A stretch of 64,000 bases of DNA from Ruditapes philippinarum (taxonomy: Eukaryota), in NCBI RefSeq assembly GCF_026571515.1, contig NW_026854201.1:1-64000 (forward strand). Direction: 5' to 3'. Shown here in pieces: positions 24,254-36,850 of this stretch; the stretch's first letter is position 1; each line of letters starts with the position of its first letter. Made by a program: the position numbers and the translations under genes. Under the pieces are notes generated by a model. The model was not told the DNA's origin and did not search any database. It saw nothing but the letters and a program-made list of their open reading frames with translations.

Positions 24254-25999
24254 TACGGAAGAGCATTAGTGCCAGGTGTATGTTTTTTATTAACTCGAAA
24301 TTTCGAGTTACTAACTCGAAATTTCGACTAACTAACTCGAAATTTCGACTTACTAACTCGAAATTTCGAGTTACTTATCTCGAAATTTCGATTTAATAAC
24401 TCGAAATTTCGACTTACTAACTCGAAATTTCGACTAACTAACTCGAAATTTCGACTTACTAACTCGAAATTTCGAGTAACTTATCTCGAAATTTCGACTT
24501 ACTAACTCGAAATTTCGACTTAGTAACTCGAAATTTCGACATACTTACTCGAAATTTTGACTTAGTAACTCGAAATTTCGACTTAGTAACTCGAAATTTC
24601 GACATACTTACTCGAAATTTTGACTTAGTTACTCGAAATTTCGACTTAGTAACTCGAAATTTCGACTTACATTGCACGACTTTCATTGGTTGCCGGTGAA
24701 AGCAAGGATTGAATTCAAGATACTTTCTTTCGTGTGTAGTTGTTGCACATTGACAGAGCACATTTAACATTTTTTTAACAGAACAATTTTATAGGGTCAA
24801 ATTGTCCACACATACTGAACAGATCCTTCGCTTTTTTGTGGAGGGGGGGGGGATGTAAAATCACACTTTCCACATTTCCGTGTTAACAGGGTGTTTCTTT
24901 TTCTTAAGCACACATACAACCATCATATGGAGAAACAACAAGTCCAAAACCCACCCTATTGTAAACTGTGCAATATCATGTGTTAAATAAGTTTTTTTTT
25001 TAAAAAATGACGTGTATAGGCCAGTTAGTCTGTCACGTTTCTTTATACTAATAATGTTTTTGTAACATTATTCATTATTTACTAATACTTTGATTCATAT
25101 TGTGTTGATAAAAGTGATACTTGTTATAATATATATGTTGGGAACAATATAAAAGCATCCGATTTTACAAGAAATATAGTCAGTCCAACAATTTTGACAA
25201 AGGCCTCAGCACGCTCTATTTTGGCCACGCCGCGATACTTTCCTCAGATGTCCCACACGTAAAGTATAGGATCGGTTTTTTTACAGTGATGAGGAGAATA
25301 TGATTAGTGAAAAGATATGTTCGAACAGATGGGATACAATACAACGTATGAAGAACACCTGAACGTACGAATTAAAGGAAGCCTTGTATTTTTTATGTCG
25401 GGTGTGTACATGCCATTACTAAGTTTAAGTTAAATTTCAATAGTTTTTGTCCAGGCACCAAGTTCTCCATCTCCATCGTTCAAAGGCACTGCCTACTATA
25501 TCTTATACCATCTAAAATAACTTTGGCCATTCTTGTAATGTTAATAAGTCGAAATTTCGAGTTACTAAGTCGAAATTTCGAGATAATTAACTCGAAATTT
25601 CGAGTTAGTAAGTCGAAATTTCGAGTTAGTAAGTCGAAATTTCGGGTTAGTAAGTCGAAATTTCGAGTTAGTAAGTCGAAATTTCGAGTTAGTAAGTCGA
25701 AATTTCGAGATAAGTAACTCGAAATTTCAAGTTACTAAGTCGAAATTTCGAGTTACTAACTTGAAATTTCGGGTTAGTAAGTCGAAATTTCGAGTTAGTA
25801 AGTCGAAATTTCGAGTAAGTAAGTCGAAATTTCGAGTAAGTAAGTCGAAATTTCGAGATAAGTAACTCGAAATTTCGGGTTAGTAAGTCGAAATTTCGAG
25901 TTAGTAAGTCGAAATTAGTAGTAACTCGAAATTTCGAGTTAGTAACTCGAAATTTCGAGTTAATAAAAAACATACACCTGGCACTAATGCTCTTCCGTA
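24254..25999. mobile_element. 1.75-kb non-autonomous fold-back DNA transposon, TAC..GTA termini, 6-bp TSD (IS3EU-like), with subterminal 21-bp palindromic tandem arrays
   Basis: Perfect TIR TACGGAAGAGCATTAGTGCCAGGTGTATGTTTTTTATTAACTCG.. at both ends; TSD AAATAC at 24248-24253 and 26000-26005; ~18 and ~20 units of AACTCGAAATTTCGACTTACT (24292-24668, inverted at 25546-25962); no transposase ORF. Confidence 0.9.
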
Positions 26000-26125
26000 A
26001 AATACTGTATTCCTTGAAATGCTTAAAAGTCGCCTTTTCACCCAACAAAATAAATTTTAAAACTCTAACACCGATTTATATTCGATAATGAATGAAAATT
26101 GTAAGAATCGGCGAAAAAATATATT

Positions 26126-26360
26126 GAGCCTCGTGATGACTAAACCAACATAAAGGGTTTGCGACCAGCATGAATCCAGACCAGCCTGCATATCCGCGAA
26201 GTCTGATCAGGATCCATGCTGTTCGCTTACCAGCCCTATTACAAGTAGAGAAACTGGTAGCGAACAGTATGGATCCTGATCAGACTGCGCGGATGCTCAG
26301 GCTGGTCTGGATCCATGCTGGTCGCAAACGCATAACGTTGGTTTTGTCGTGACACTGCTC
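26126..26360. mobile_element. Palindromic GAG..CTC MITE
   Basis: Same family as 16193-16427; flanked by ATATT on both sides. Confidence 0.85.
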
Positions 26361-28288
26361 ATATTATTCTACTTTTGATCAAGATATATGCAAGCGTTAT
26401 TAAGAACAGAACAGAACATACGTTTTATTTAGACTTGTACATAGTACATCGTCATGCATTTAGATAAATAAAACAATTATCACGTCACGTGATCATGGTA
26501 ACACAAAGTACAATACGATACTTAGAATATATAATAGAATGTACATTGTTATGAGTAATAAGTAAATATTTTCTCAATCATAGCAGTAATAGAAATTCTA
26601 CTGGCAACCTCACAGGATATTGTATACCATATTTTACCCAGTGAGTCTAACCATCCCACCGAAAGTAAAGGCGAAGGATAGATGTTAACCAGCAGCAAAA
26701 CTAAATACTTATTGAGCAGTTTCTTTCTAGATAAAGAGGTATTGCTCCAACATTGTTGTGAGTTTAATCCCCTTTGTCTGTCTGTTCATCTGCCCGCGAT
26801 AATTGGAACTTGTGATAACTCAAAATGTACTGAAAACATTTTCTTACAACTGTGAATGTGGATAGATGGCAGATTGCAGATTCTTTTTTTTTTTTTTTTT
26901 TTTTTTTCTGACAATAAAATTTGGTTGTTATTGTAACAAATGACTTGAAATATTGCAAAAATTCCAATATTAAATTTGACATGATAAAAATGCGTGAAGT
27001 TATATTACTGCATTAGTCCCCTTTTGTTACTATTTTTATATACTGTTTGTATATTCGTTACAATTATATTAATAAATCAAACTTATTTTGTTCATTTTGA
27101 CTACTCTTTTGTATGTTCCAAAGGTATGTTCCATTTAATATAAGCCTACCAAAGTTCATGTTGAACAATGTCTTTTGTCCGCACATTCATCTATGATATA
27201 CATGTGTACATTTCTGGTTAAATCCAATTAACCATTGAAAAGTTGTTGAGAATATCTGGTCATCAGATGTCAACAAGTTCATCGTAGTTGCTGCATTTCT
27301 CACTTGGACGCCCTTTGATGCTTTGTTGTTATAACCTGATGTACAGTTTGCCGCGAAACATGTGAGAGACACTTTGAAAAATAAAGTCGATGAAAGTTTT
27401 GTTTTGGCTTATTTTCATATGGATTTTTATATATCTTGCCAAGAGTAGTTATTGATATATGTAGAAAATGAGTAGCATTATAGGTGAAAAAGAAAATGTA
27501 CATGCTTTGATATTGTTTATTTCATCTTATATTTTTTACTGTAGTGACACAAAAAGAACAATTTTGTTCTACTGTCATCTAACATTACATTTACAAATAT
27601 TGTAAGTCTTATTTGTATTGGAATTACATGTACTTTCCTTACACCGTAGGCATCAGTGAAAGCATTTTTTATTTAATATCTGGCCCCACTCTCATGAACA
27701 GTGCATTCGATAAGTGTAATTATGCAAATTTAAATGAATTACAAAACATCCAGAACAATGTACATTAGTACTTAATCCAACCAGAAAATGACATGTGTGC
27801 AGGAATGATTTGGTGGGCGCATTTCCTTTGCACAGAGCTTCTCAATTGCTGCAATGCATCAACATTTCTACCTGTAACCTCTTTGAAATTACTTGCAACA
27901 CTTTGTTGATTGCTTGTTTCTATCATAGAAATTGAATGTCATTTATATTTGGTCCTATACACCCGAAATCATACCCAAAAGAAAAACAGTCAGGGTAATT
28001 TCCTGAAAATGTACAGCAGTTGATATTCCAGGAAACTTCCTTTTTATTTTTGTGACAGTTGCCAAAATCTTTCATTTTCAATTTTATTTTCAAATCTCCT
28101 TTTGGATAGTCACAAAAACATGCAAAGCCACCTTACTTTAAGTTGCGCATCAACATGTTATCATTCAGAAATATTGCTCTTACGCCACTGTCAAACAACA
28201 AAGAAATGTACTGACAGAACTATCAAAATATTTCGACATTATGTATATACATGTATAATTAATAACTTCCACTGGTGCTAAAGTTCGA

Positions 28289-31200
28289 ATATGTCCCATG
28301 CCCCCATTATATAAACACTTCGACCAAGCTCGTGATTAGAATACATTTAAACCAGTCAGCAGGATTGAGCACAAACTACTACAAACCAATCTTTCTACAT
28401 ACATATACCTACAAGTGCTGACAAATCAAAAAACTGTACTCGAAAAAAATTAAAGAATTCACACAATGAAGCGGAAATAAATGTTTTTGTTTTATTTATT
28501 ATTTTCATTGTAAAATAATGAAACAATGAGAAATGAATGTTTGTACCGACATAATCTTGTAGCTTTAAAGCGACAAAGATGTTCAATTTTATTACATGTA
28601 TTTTACACATTATACAAGAGGAATTGCAAAATGTATGATGAATATATATTAAAAAGTTATGCAAAGTTACATTGTAACTGTTTTAACAAACTATGTTTTA
28701 TAAAAATAATGTTTTCATGTAACACTATCAACACTAGCACTAAATACTAAAATAGTAACGTATGTTCTGTACTATATTTTATAAAAATAATGTTTTCATG
28801 TAACACTATCAACACTAGCACTAAATACAAAAATAGTCACGTATGTTCTGTAATCCTCAACCGGCTGTAACTGAAAATGAAGGCCCCATCAGAATTAGAA
28901 ACATTCCTAAATGCCACAACTGAGAGAAATATCATTCTCACAATCGGAGGTTTCTTTGAGCTCTGTTACATAACAATGTTACAACGAAATTTCAAAGCTT
29001 TTTAATCAACTCTTATTCTAAACTATTGTGCTTCTTAAAAATTTAATATAGCGTTTCTTCTTTTGCAATTTTAAAGTAACTATAAGGCTTTGATTAACAA
29101 AATATGCACACTAGCGAACATACAAATTACATACATATATTAAGAATACATTATTATTTTTACTCTGAAAATTGACTAAAAAGAAAAAAGCTAAGTGGTT
29201 TATTTAAACTTTCTGGGCGTTAACTAGTATGTATTATTCTTCGTGTTCAAGCAACCGTGTACAAGCAATAAGCGCAAATCCGAAAATAGTTGTGAATACT
29301 TTAAAAATGTCATGGTCACCGGATCCCAACTCGCGTTGTAAAATCTCGAAGAAGGTGACAAAAAGAAAAGTACCGGTTGCAATACCCTGCAATATGGCAG
29401 ACGATAAATCTTTTGCTTCTGATTCGCCAGAAAGATTAATACTTTCACCTATTATAACACCACATGGACTCATTAAAGCGAAAACTACAATGACACAAAT
29501 GGTTTTCTTGACGGAGGCGAGGAGCTCTAAAGTTTGAACCCCGATTGTGAAGAATACAAGAACTTTGTGTAAACACAGGGCTGCTAGAAGCTCGTAAACT
29601 TTAGAATCATCTTTTAGAAGCCCAAGCGCGAGACCGTCAAAAATCATGTGTAAAGATAATGCTATTAATAGCACAAGACCTCGTAACCTTGACCTTGTAG
29701 GATCACGATTATCGTCTGCGGAATCTCTGACTTCTGTAAGAGCTTCATTTGTCGATTTGATTTTAACTTCTTTTGCAACTTTTGCATTTCTTATTAGAAT
29801 TCTATCACTGTCTTGGAATACAACTTCTTTCGTTTTAGAATTTGCAGAGTCATTTCTAACTTCTGAATAAGGTCTTTTTGTCGGGCTGTCGACCGATTCG
29901 TCCACCGCGCCATATGTTTGATACGTCATGTCGTCATGGTACGAAGAATCTTCTAAATCACTTGCTACTTGTATAGGGTCTTTTGTGTACACCCCTTTAT
30001 ATCTTTTCCCGCTCACTATCTTGTAACTTACTGCCACATCTGCACGGGCTGATTCTGACATGGAATTTCGTTCTTTTGATCTGGGGTCATTGTCTGGGCG
30101 AATTGGGCGAGATGTCGTATTAGAAGAGCAACACTTGTGAGCAATATGCTCAAGCATTAGAATCATGAAAAATCCAATACACATTGCCAGTTCGGTGAAA
30201 GGATACTCTGAACTAAACTCAAGACCTTCCAATGCATGTTCCATGCTTTCGCGCGCTTCCGGAAGTAAACTTAAAACGGAAGTAGCGAAGAAAACGCCAC
30301 CGGAAAAGCAATTCAGAAGACTGATTGCACCAGTGAATTTTGTTGAAGTTCCAAGTTTCAGCACCAAACATTTTACCGTAATGCAGGAAATTACTCCACT
30401 TAGTACAGAAAGACCAAACAAAATGAAAGTTGAAGCTAGTTTAGCAGTAGCCACCATATTTTAAATTCGATTTTGAATTATTGTATCACAAATGATAAAC
30501 GACTCTTCTGCAGTGTCGATCTATATTATATGTACATCAAAACTTATTGTTACGATCCAAAATACCTTAACACTTTCACATTTTGTATTTAAGAAGTTGA
30601 TACAATATTTGATATATAACAATTAATATCCGAGCAATAAAACCCGCGTCACACTAGAGCAGTTGCAATTGCGTGTGGAATTTTACAATTTATCAACGTG
30701 TACATGTATACAGTACTTTATCACAACATAAACACCGGTATAAACTGATAAACCCATGTTAACCTTGTGATAACTGCAATCTTCACATTTTAATTGAACT
30801 AACGCAGTAAAGGTCATTTGTCCGAGGATCAATCATGGTGAAGTAACGTGAAAATTTTTAATGACTTTTTAATGTTAATAAATCCATTTAACTGCAACAG
30901 ATATATCATTTCCTACTACATATCTATCTATCTTTTTCTGTCGAATTCGAGAAGTATACATACATGGAAAATCCTTCCAAATACACAATATTAATTCGTT
31001 TATAAATACATGTATAATGGTCAACATTTCACGTTATTTTCAAATGACTTTCACATTTTTATAAACAACAATAAGAACATGTACATGTCATTTTAAACTA
31101 TTGTTCAATGTATGTTACAATAAGACACATATATGTTTATCTACATCAAAATACAAACGCATACAAACGCATTAAATTATGTTATTACCATGCCAAATTG

Positions 31201-34200
31201 AAAATGGGAAATGTACATGATCATTTTAAGGTTGTTCTATTTTTTAACACTACATGTATACCGTTGCTTTAAATAACCATTCACGACGTATACAGTCATA
31301 AGCAGTTAAGCACTTAATTTTCAATAGATAATACATGTACATTTATACAGCTGTTAGTTAGAGCTAGGCAAAACATAACTGGATATAATACAGGACGTGC
31401 AGCTTCCCTTGATTTACAATCATTTATCTTGTATAATTGTTTGAATGGATATTGCATTGTGAACAGCTGTGTATATGTTAAAAAATCATGAATTTATTTA
31501 TCTGTCATTTACTTTATATATTTGTCAAACCGAATTTGAAATCAAGTACAAATACGTATATGTATTTCAAATTCCTCTCTGGTTTAAGTAAATTACAAAA
31601 ACGATATAAAAATCATGTTAGATGTAAACATTAAATAACACAAATACTGAAAAATAAAAAAAAATTGACTAGGAAGTTCATATTGGTTTGTTTAGGCTAC
31701 CCGTAAATTAAGTTCACTGTTTTCAACCTCTAACTTCTCTTATTTTGGTTATTTTGCCGAAACTATTATTCATCAGCCATTGGCAAATGTTTTCCGACAC
31801 ACACAGACAGAATACGATCGCAAACAAATGCTTGTTATTAAAGCGGGTCAATGCCATTCTTGTTTACCAGGTACCCAATATTAAGTCTTCCCGCTTTTAT
31901 GCTTTTATTTGACCTGTCGGACATCAGACGACAACCTTTTGGACTCCGCGGTAAATTAAATAACGTTATGTTGTTATTAATGAACTAAACAAATAGCGTA
32001 AGAATGTTCAAGTTTTACAAAATTTATTTAGTCTATGTAAGCCCTTACCAATCAACCTTGCGAATTTGAAAAATCCGACGACAAGAATATGAAATATCTC
32101 TAATTTCAATATACGATCGTGCTTACAAAATTATCATAAAAATATGATTCAGATCGGGGCTGGCGGTTGTGTAATAAAAACTAATAAACAATAATTAAAT
32201 AGTAATAAATAATGTTAAACTTTAAAATAGAAAGTGTCAAAACGTTGAATTAATTTAACTCTCTTTTAATATAATTCACCTAGAAAAATATATTCAAATT
32301 ACTAATGCAAACCTTTTCCGAAACAGAATACATAAGTTTTATTTCTGATAATAAATCTAATGTAAAAATAAAATAATTATAAAATTTTTGTTACAGTTTT
32401 CTTAAGTTAATTTTCTCTTTAATAAAATAAAATACTGCTTTATTCGATACATTTGTTTGCGCACGAACCTTTAAGATAAGAACAGAACAGAACAGTTTTA
32501 TTAAGACTTGCACAAAGTACATCATCTGCAATACATTATATTCGCATATATTTTAGCTGCATGAAAATTTACAAACAAAATCTGGATATCACATTTTACG
32601 TATTCAATAATTTCATGATAAATTAAAGTAGGTAGATAAACAAATAAATAACAGCATATAGCTATGGAAAAAGATGATTCAATTTCAGACATCATTAGTT
32701 AATAGTGTATACCTAATGGAAAGAGCTTCTTATAGGTAAGAACATAAAGTACCCGTTAACTTGTTCTTCTTTTTTAACCTTAACGATAATATTAGTAAGT
32801 AAAGACCATTCCTCGGTTAATAAATTACGAAAGTGAGTCCAATTAAAATCAAAGCACAGAAGGCGCTGAATTTGTTTGGGTCTCAGAATGTCAGAAAGGT
32901 GAAAGTTGTGAGATTATAAACCAATTTGATTTTGTGTAGTGCCACCAATGCTTTCAAGTGTTTTAACTGTAGTAAATTGGCTATAAGACTAATTGCAACA
33001 CTGATATTCAATTCAATGTTTATTTGACTTAAACAATTTGAAAAAAAAATGAGTTGCCTTAACTGGGATTTGAACTCCCAGACCTCTCGATTCCTAAACG
33101 AGCGTGCAAATCCCTCGGCCACGGTGAAGTTATATGTGAAGTGCCTGAAGAGAACCATATTATTCTAAATTAGGGTTTGTAACTCGCTTAACCTGTTGTT
33201 TAACACAGATGTAAATAATCATGGAGCTTACTATAAGCATGTATATCTATAAAGAATAAAACAATATTAGACCATTCGGGAACTATTTTGCTTGAAAATT
33301 AATGCGCCTGTCATTTGACAATCTTTACGCAGTGATCTCCCCTGAATTTTTCGGCGTAAGTGTACATATAAAGGACAGTAACCGCCTAAAAAAACGGACT
33401 ACTTTCGGCATTTGCAATTAGTCTGAAATTTCGCTACCATTTCTGACGACCCAAATATAAAAAAATATACAACTATATATTTATGATTTAAAAAATTGAC
33501 TACTTGTTAGCGTTGTTTATTATATAGTTGTAAATGATTGAGAAATATATTGATAAAATAAAAATGCGAATTTTTATTTTTTCGTATTTTCACTGTAAAA
33601 AATATTTTTCACTGAAGTGAAGCATATTTTCCGTATTTTCTTAATTCAGCCAATACACAATATTTAAGGGGAAATCTTTCACAAATTGTAACGTAAAAAA
33701 TAACGTAAATAACAAACAGAAAATTCAAGTTTTTCATGTAAAAATGATTTTTTATTTTTTTAACTTTGTGGTATGAAATTTTATAATGAAAATAAATCCT
33801 GTATTTATAGTAAAAAAAAGACTTCAGCATCCTATTTACTGTTTACAGTAAATACATCAGTGATTTCCAAACAAGTTTAATGTTTTGATTTGATTCAACC
33901 TTTAAACGCGTTGAATTACAAAGAAGGTATTTCAATCAAATTCAACAATGTACCACAAAGCGGCAAGATTCCAGTTTAATTTATATGAAATTTGTTGTTG
34001 TTAGTTAATCGAGTAACTTTGCCTCATAACCTTGAATCTATTTTTTTAAACCAAATGCGGCACAATTATGAATGCTGTAATAATAAAGTGTTTTCTACCA
34101 TCAAAACCCAATATGACTCGTGAAACAATTCAATATTCTTTTCTTCACATAATGGGAAAATTGTCGTCTGCAAAAAATTTAAATTACGGTCCATCATTTT

Positions 34201-34464
34201 TATATTTGTTTGGTTCTCCTCGAATCAAAAATAATGTTCTGGTACCGAGCAAAGCCTATCCACGATACGCTAAGATTTCATAGATTTATTTTAAAATTAG
34301 AATTTTTGACACTTTTTAATGGTGTGCAGCTTTGTGAATCTGTTTCGTTTTGAAACTCTAATTTTATGTGATGGGTTTCTCCTGTCCTGATTTAGTTTTT
34401 GAACTTTTGAGACTTTTATGACAACGTGACATCAAACTGGTATATGATATGATAAGAGTACGAA
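28289..34464 (-). repeat. Right arm of the inverted segmental duplication carrying ZIP copy 2
   Basis: Reverse complement of 17215-22660, with arm-specific indels (~1.3-kb insertion at ~32290-33600; 81-bp tandem repeat at 28691-28852). Confidence 0.9.
29234..30457 (-). CDS. ZIP (SLC39) zinc/metal transporter, subfamily II, second copy, 407 aa
   Basis: Intact ORF differing from 19887-21110 at 5 residues (MCVG/MCIG, GLYIK/GVYTK, SKMK/SKTK, EVHI/EVKI). Confidence 0.95.
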   Translation of the reverse strand: MVATAKLASTFILFGLSVLSGVISCITVKCLVLKLGTSTKFTGAISLLNCFSGGVFFATSVLSLLPEARESMEHALEGLEFSSEYPFTELAMCIGFFMILMLEHIAHKCCSSNTTSRPIRPDNDPRSKERNSMSESARADVAVSYKIVSGKRYKGVYTKDPIQVASDLEDSSYHDDMTYQTYGAVDESVDSPTKRPYSEVRNDSANSKTKEVVFQDSDRILIRNAKVAKEVKIKSTNEALTEVRDSADDNRDPTRSRLRGLVLLIALSLHMIFDGLALGLLKDDSKVYELLAALCLHKVLVFFTIGVQTLELLASVKKTICVIVVFALMSPCGVIIGESINLSGESEAKDLSSAILQGIATGTFLFVTFFEILQRELGSGDHDIFKVFTTIFGFALIACTRLLEHEE

Positions 34465-34465
34465 T

Positions 34466-34537
34466 TATATAATAACATTACCGTGACATCACAAAAATGT
34501 GAATATTTTTGTGATGTCACGGTAATGTTATTATATA
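34466..34537. repeat. Perfect 33-bp inverted repeat with a 6-nt loop (hairpin/cruciform)
   Basis: TATATAATAACATTACCGTGACATCACAAAAAT-gtgaat-ATTTTTGTGATGTCACGGTAATGTTATTATATA. Confidence 0.95.
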
Positions 34538-34812
34538 TAATTGGCGAACGTCACTTAGCATAAATTTTGAAAGTGCCTGACTTATTCTTAATTTTAAAAC
34601 ATGTTATACAATTACTTTTTTGAGTGAATATTGAATATATCTCACTTAAAAATGGAGTTGTTTTCTTTTCCAGTTGTGCTTTCCCCCGTCTTGAACATAT
34701 CAGAAATACTCCGGCCAGACTTTGCGAGATTATATTATTACATGTATCTGAAATAAACGGAATCATCTCTGTAATAAATTCTTAAGCACTTTTGAAATAT
34801 ATTATGCACGAA

Positions 34813-35015
34813 TCGTGAGTTATTTCACATTCTGGCGTTACTGGGCATACACGGTGAAATTTATCTCCCTAGTCCGTGCGACAGGTCACAGATATCAACG
34901 TTTGTGTAAAAGTGCATATACATGAACGTATATATATATACAAAAGTTCAACAATTAGGATATTTGGGATAAATATATACATTCGTACTCTTATCATATC
35001 ATACCAACTTGATGT
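34813..35015 (+). repeat. ~200-bp direct repeat of 17043-17248
   Basis: TCGTGAGTTAT..GGCGTTACTGGGCATA..CTAGTCCGTGCGACAGGTCACAGATATCAAC..CATTCGTACTCT in the same orientation at both loci; ORFs 17107 and 34876 share their N-termini. Confidence 0.9.
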
Positions 35016-35019
35016 TGGT

Positions 35020-35270
35020 AGTTTGACTTCCAGATCGCGGCGGATACCCAAATTGAATTCACCAGAGCACAGTTCGACCACCGCATCGTTCCAGGGCAGG
35101 CCGTCAAGCAGTTTACTCGTACATGTACTACATGCCTTCACTTCCGCAGGGAACTGATATCTTCTGTACATGCTAGCGCACGGGGACTGTGAGAATGACC
35201 GTAGAAAGGAATTCATGATCAATCACAACGAAAGTGGCCTGCACGGTCCGGGACCCGAACCCGGGTCGAT
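35020..35270 (-). mobile_element. SINE with a Meta/MESC-like central domain
   Basis: Reverse strand has B-box-like GGTTCGGGTCCC, then GATTGATCATGAATTCCTTTCTACGGTCATTCTC, resembling the mollusc Meta-SINE core; tail fragments recur at ~22930-23017 and ~55510-55570. Confidence 0.55.
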
Positions 35271-35984
35271 GTACGTTTCCGTACTTGAGTATTGACTTTG
35301 ATCATGGGGGATTAATTTTGTAAAATAATGTATATCATATTGGAGATAATAGCCACTATTACTATCACAGGCACAAGTTTCTTTGAGTCCATGTACATTG
35401 TTCTTTTCATTTTACTTTTAAATTCATTTTCCATCTATAACATTTATGTATCAATTAAATAAGTTATTAATTCTTTATTTTTTAAAGGACGACGTGTCGT
35501 TATTTTGCAGTTTTTATTTTGTAAAATTCACACGGCAACTTTCCCATCTGTACTGTTGCAAGGAAAATACATAAAATATTTACACATAACGTGCATGTAT
35601 GGCGAAAAAAAAACCCTTCAAACACCCGACGTTAAACCGGATCTTTAGTTATAAATGTAAATTTTAAACAACATAAATATAAACACCACATAAATCCGGG
35701 TTTTATTAAAACAAGGGGACCTTGATGTTCCTTACATCGCTCACCTGACTATTTGACTCTTAATTAATGACAAGAGACAATTAATATTGTAACTTTAGAA
35801 TGAAAAACAGTTAAAATGTCATAATCTTAAACTGATATCATAAGGTTTATATCTGCATCTTAAACCGTGCAAATGTAAACAAGGTTTTTCCATAGTTTTT
35901 GACCCCGGATGACCCAGATTCAAATTTTACATAGAAATCATTTGAACAACCTTGCTGGCAAATTAGCAGGGGTTATATGGGCTG

Positions 35985-36570
35985 ATAATAACGTTAAACC
36001 TATTAAAGTATTTATGACATAACGTTATACCTATTAAAGTATTTATGACATAACGTTATACCTATTAAAGTATTTATGACATAACGTTATACGTATTAAA
36101 GAATTTATGACATAACGTTATACCTATTAAAGTATTTATGTAAATTGCTGATAATAACGTTATACCTATAAAAGTACTTATGTAAAATTGCTTATAATAA
36201 CGTTATACCTATAAAAGTACCTATGTAAAATTGCTGATAATAACGTTATACCTATTAAAGTATCTATGTAAAATAGCTGATAATAACATTATACCTATTG
36301 AAGCATCTATGTTAAAGTGCTGATAATAATGTTAAACCTATTAATATATCTATGTTAAAAAGCAGATAATAACGTTATACCTATTAATGTATCTATGTTA
36401 AATAGCTGATAATAACATTATACCTATTAAAGAATCTATATATGTATAATTGCTGATAATAACGTTATAACTATTAAAGTACCTATGTAAAATAGCTGAT
36501 AGTAATGGTGAACCTATTAAACCATCTATGTTATATTGCTGATAATAACATTATACCTATTTAAGCATTT
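35985..36570. repeat. AT-rich minisatellite (31-bp units switching to ~41-bp units) within a decayed HINE-like element starting ~35709
   Basis: CATAACGTTATACCTATTAAAGTATTTATGA x~4, then ATAATAACGTTATACCTATTAAAGTATCTATGTAAAATAGCTG x~10; upstream AACAAGGGGACC..ATCGCTCACCTGA. Confidence 0.85.
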
Positions 36571-36619
36571 TTGTAAAATTAATATATTGGGGTAAGAATT
36601 ATAGTAGCTCTCCCGGGCC

Positions 36620-36850
36620 ACTGTTAGGGTCTTATGGAGACATTCTATCTTTATTGGAGAAGAACACCTCGAGTGTCCCTCAAGCATCATTTTCACAAGC
36701 TGCCAAAAAATAGTAGAACCACCGACCTTCCGTTGCCTTGCTGGATAAATTCCTAATGTAAAGGAATGAAAATCTCTGGCAGCATTTGAACCCACAGCAG
36801 TAAGGGGCAAGTTCTTCATAGTCAGGCACTTTAATTAACACTCAGCTGGG
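36620..36850 (-). mobile_element. Degenerate tRNA-derived SINE (family of 57216-57472)
   Basis: GGAGAAGAACACC..GTAGAACCACCGACCTTCCG..GCTGGATA..TTTGAACCCACAGCAGTAAGGGGCAAG. Confidence 0.6.

Noticed and set aside
24292-24668. GAAatTTC units as a heat-shock element cluster
   Set aside because: Each unit has only two inverted nGAAn pentamers, and the 21-bp spacing breaks the 5-bp phase needed for a canonical three-unit HSE.
24292-25962. 21-bp palindromic arrays (and the 30-bp array at 60876) as CRISPR-like arrays
   Set aside because: Units are contiguous with no unique spacers, there are no cas genes, the context is eukaryotic, and TIRs plus TSD explain the structure.
24254-25999. Fold-back element as the direct cause of the ZIP inversion
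   Set aside because: Its TSD is intact and its ends are 1.6-2.3 kb from the inner breakpoints (22660, 28289). It looks younger than the diverged arms, so it is more likely a later insertion.
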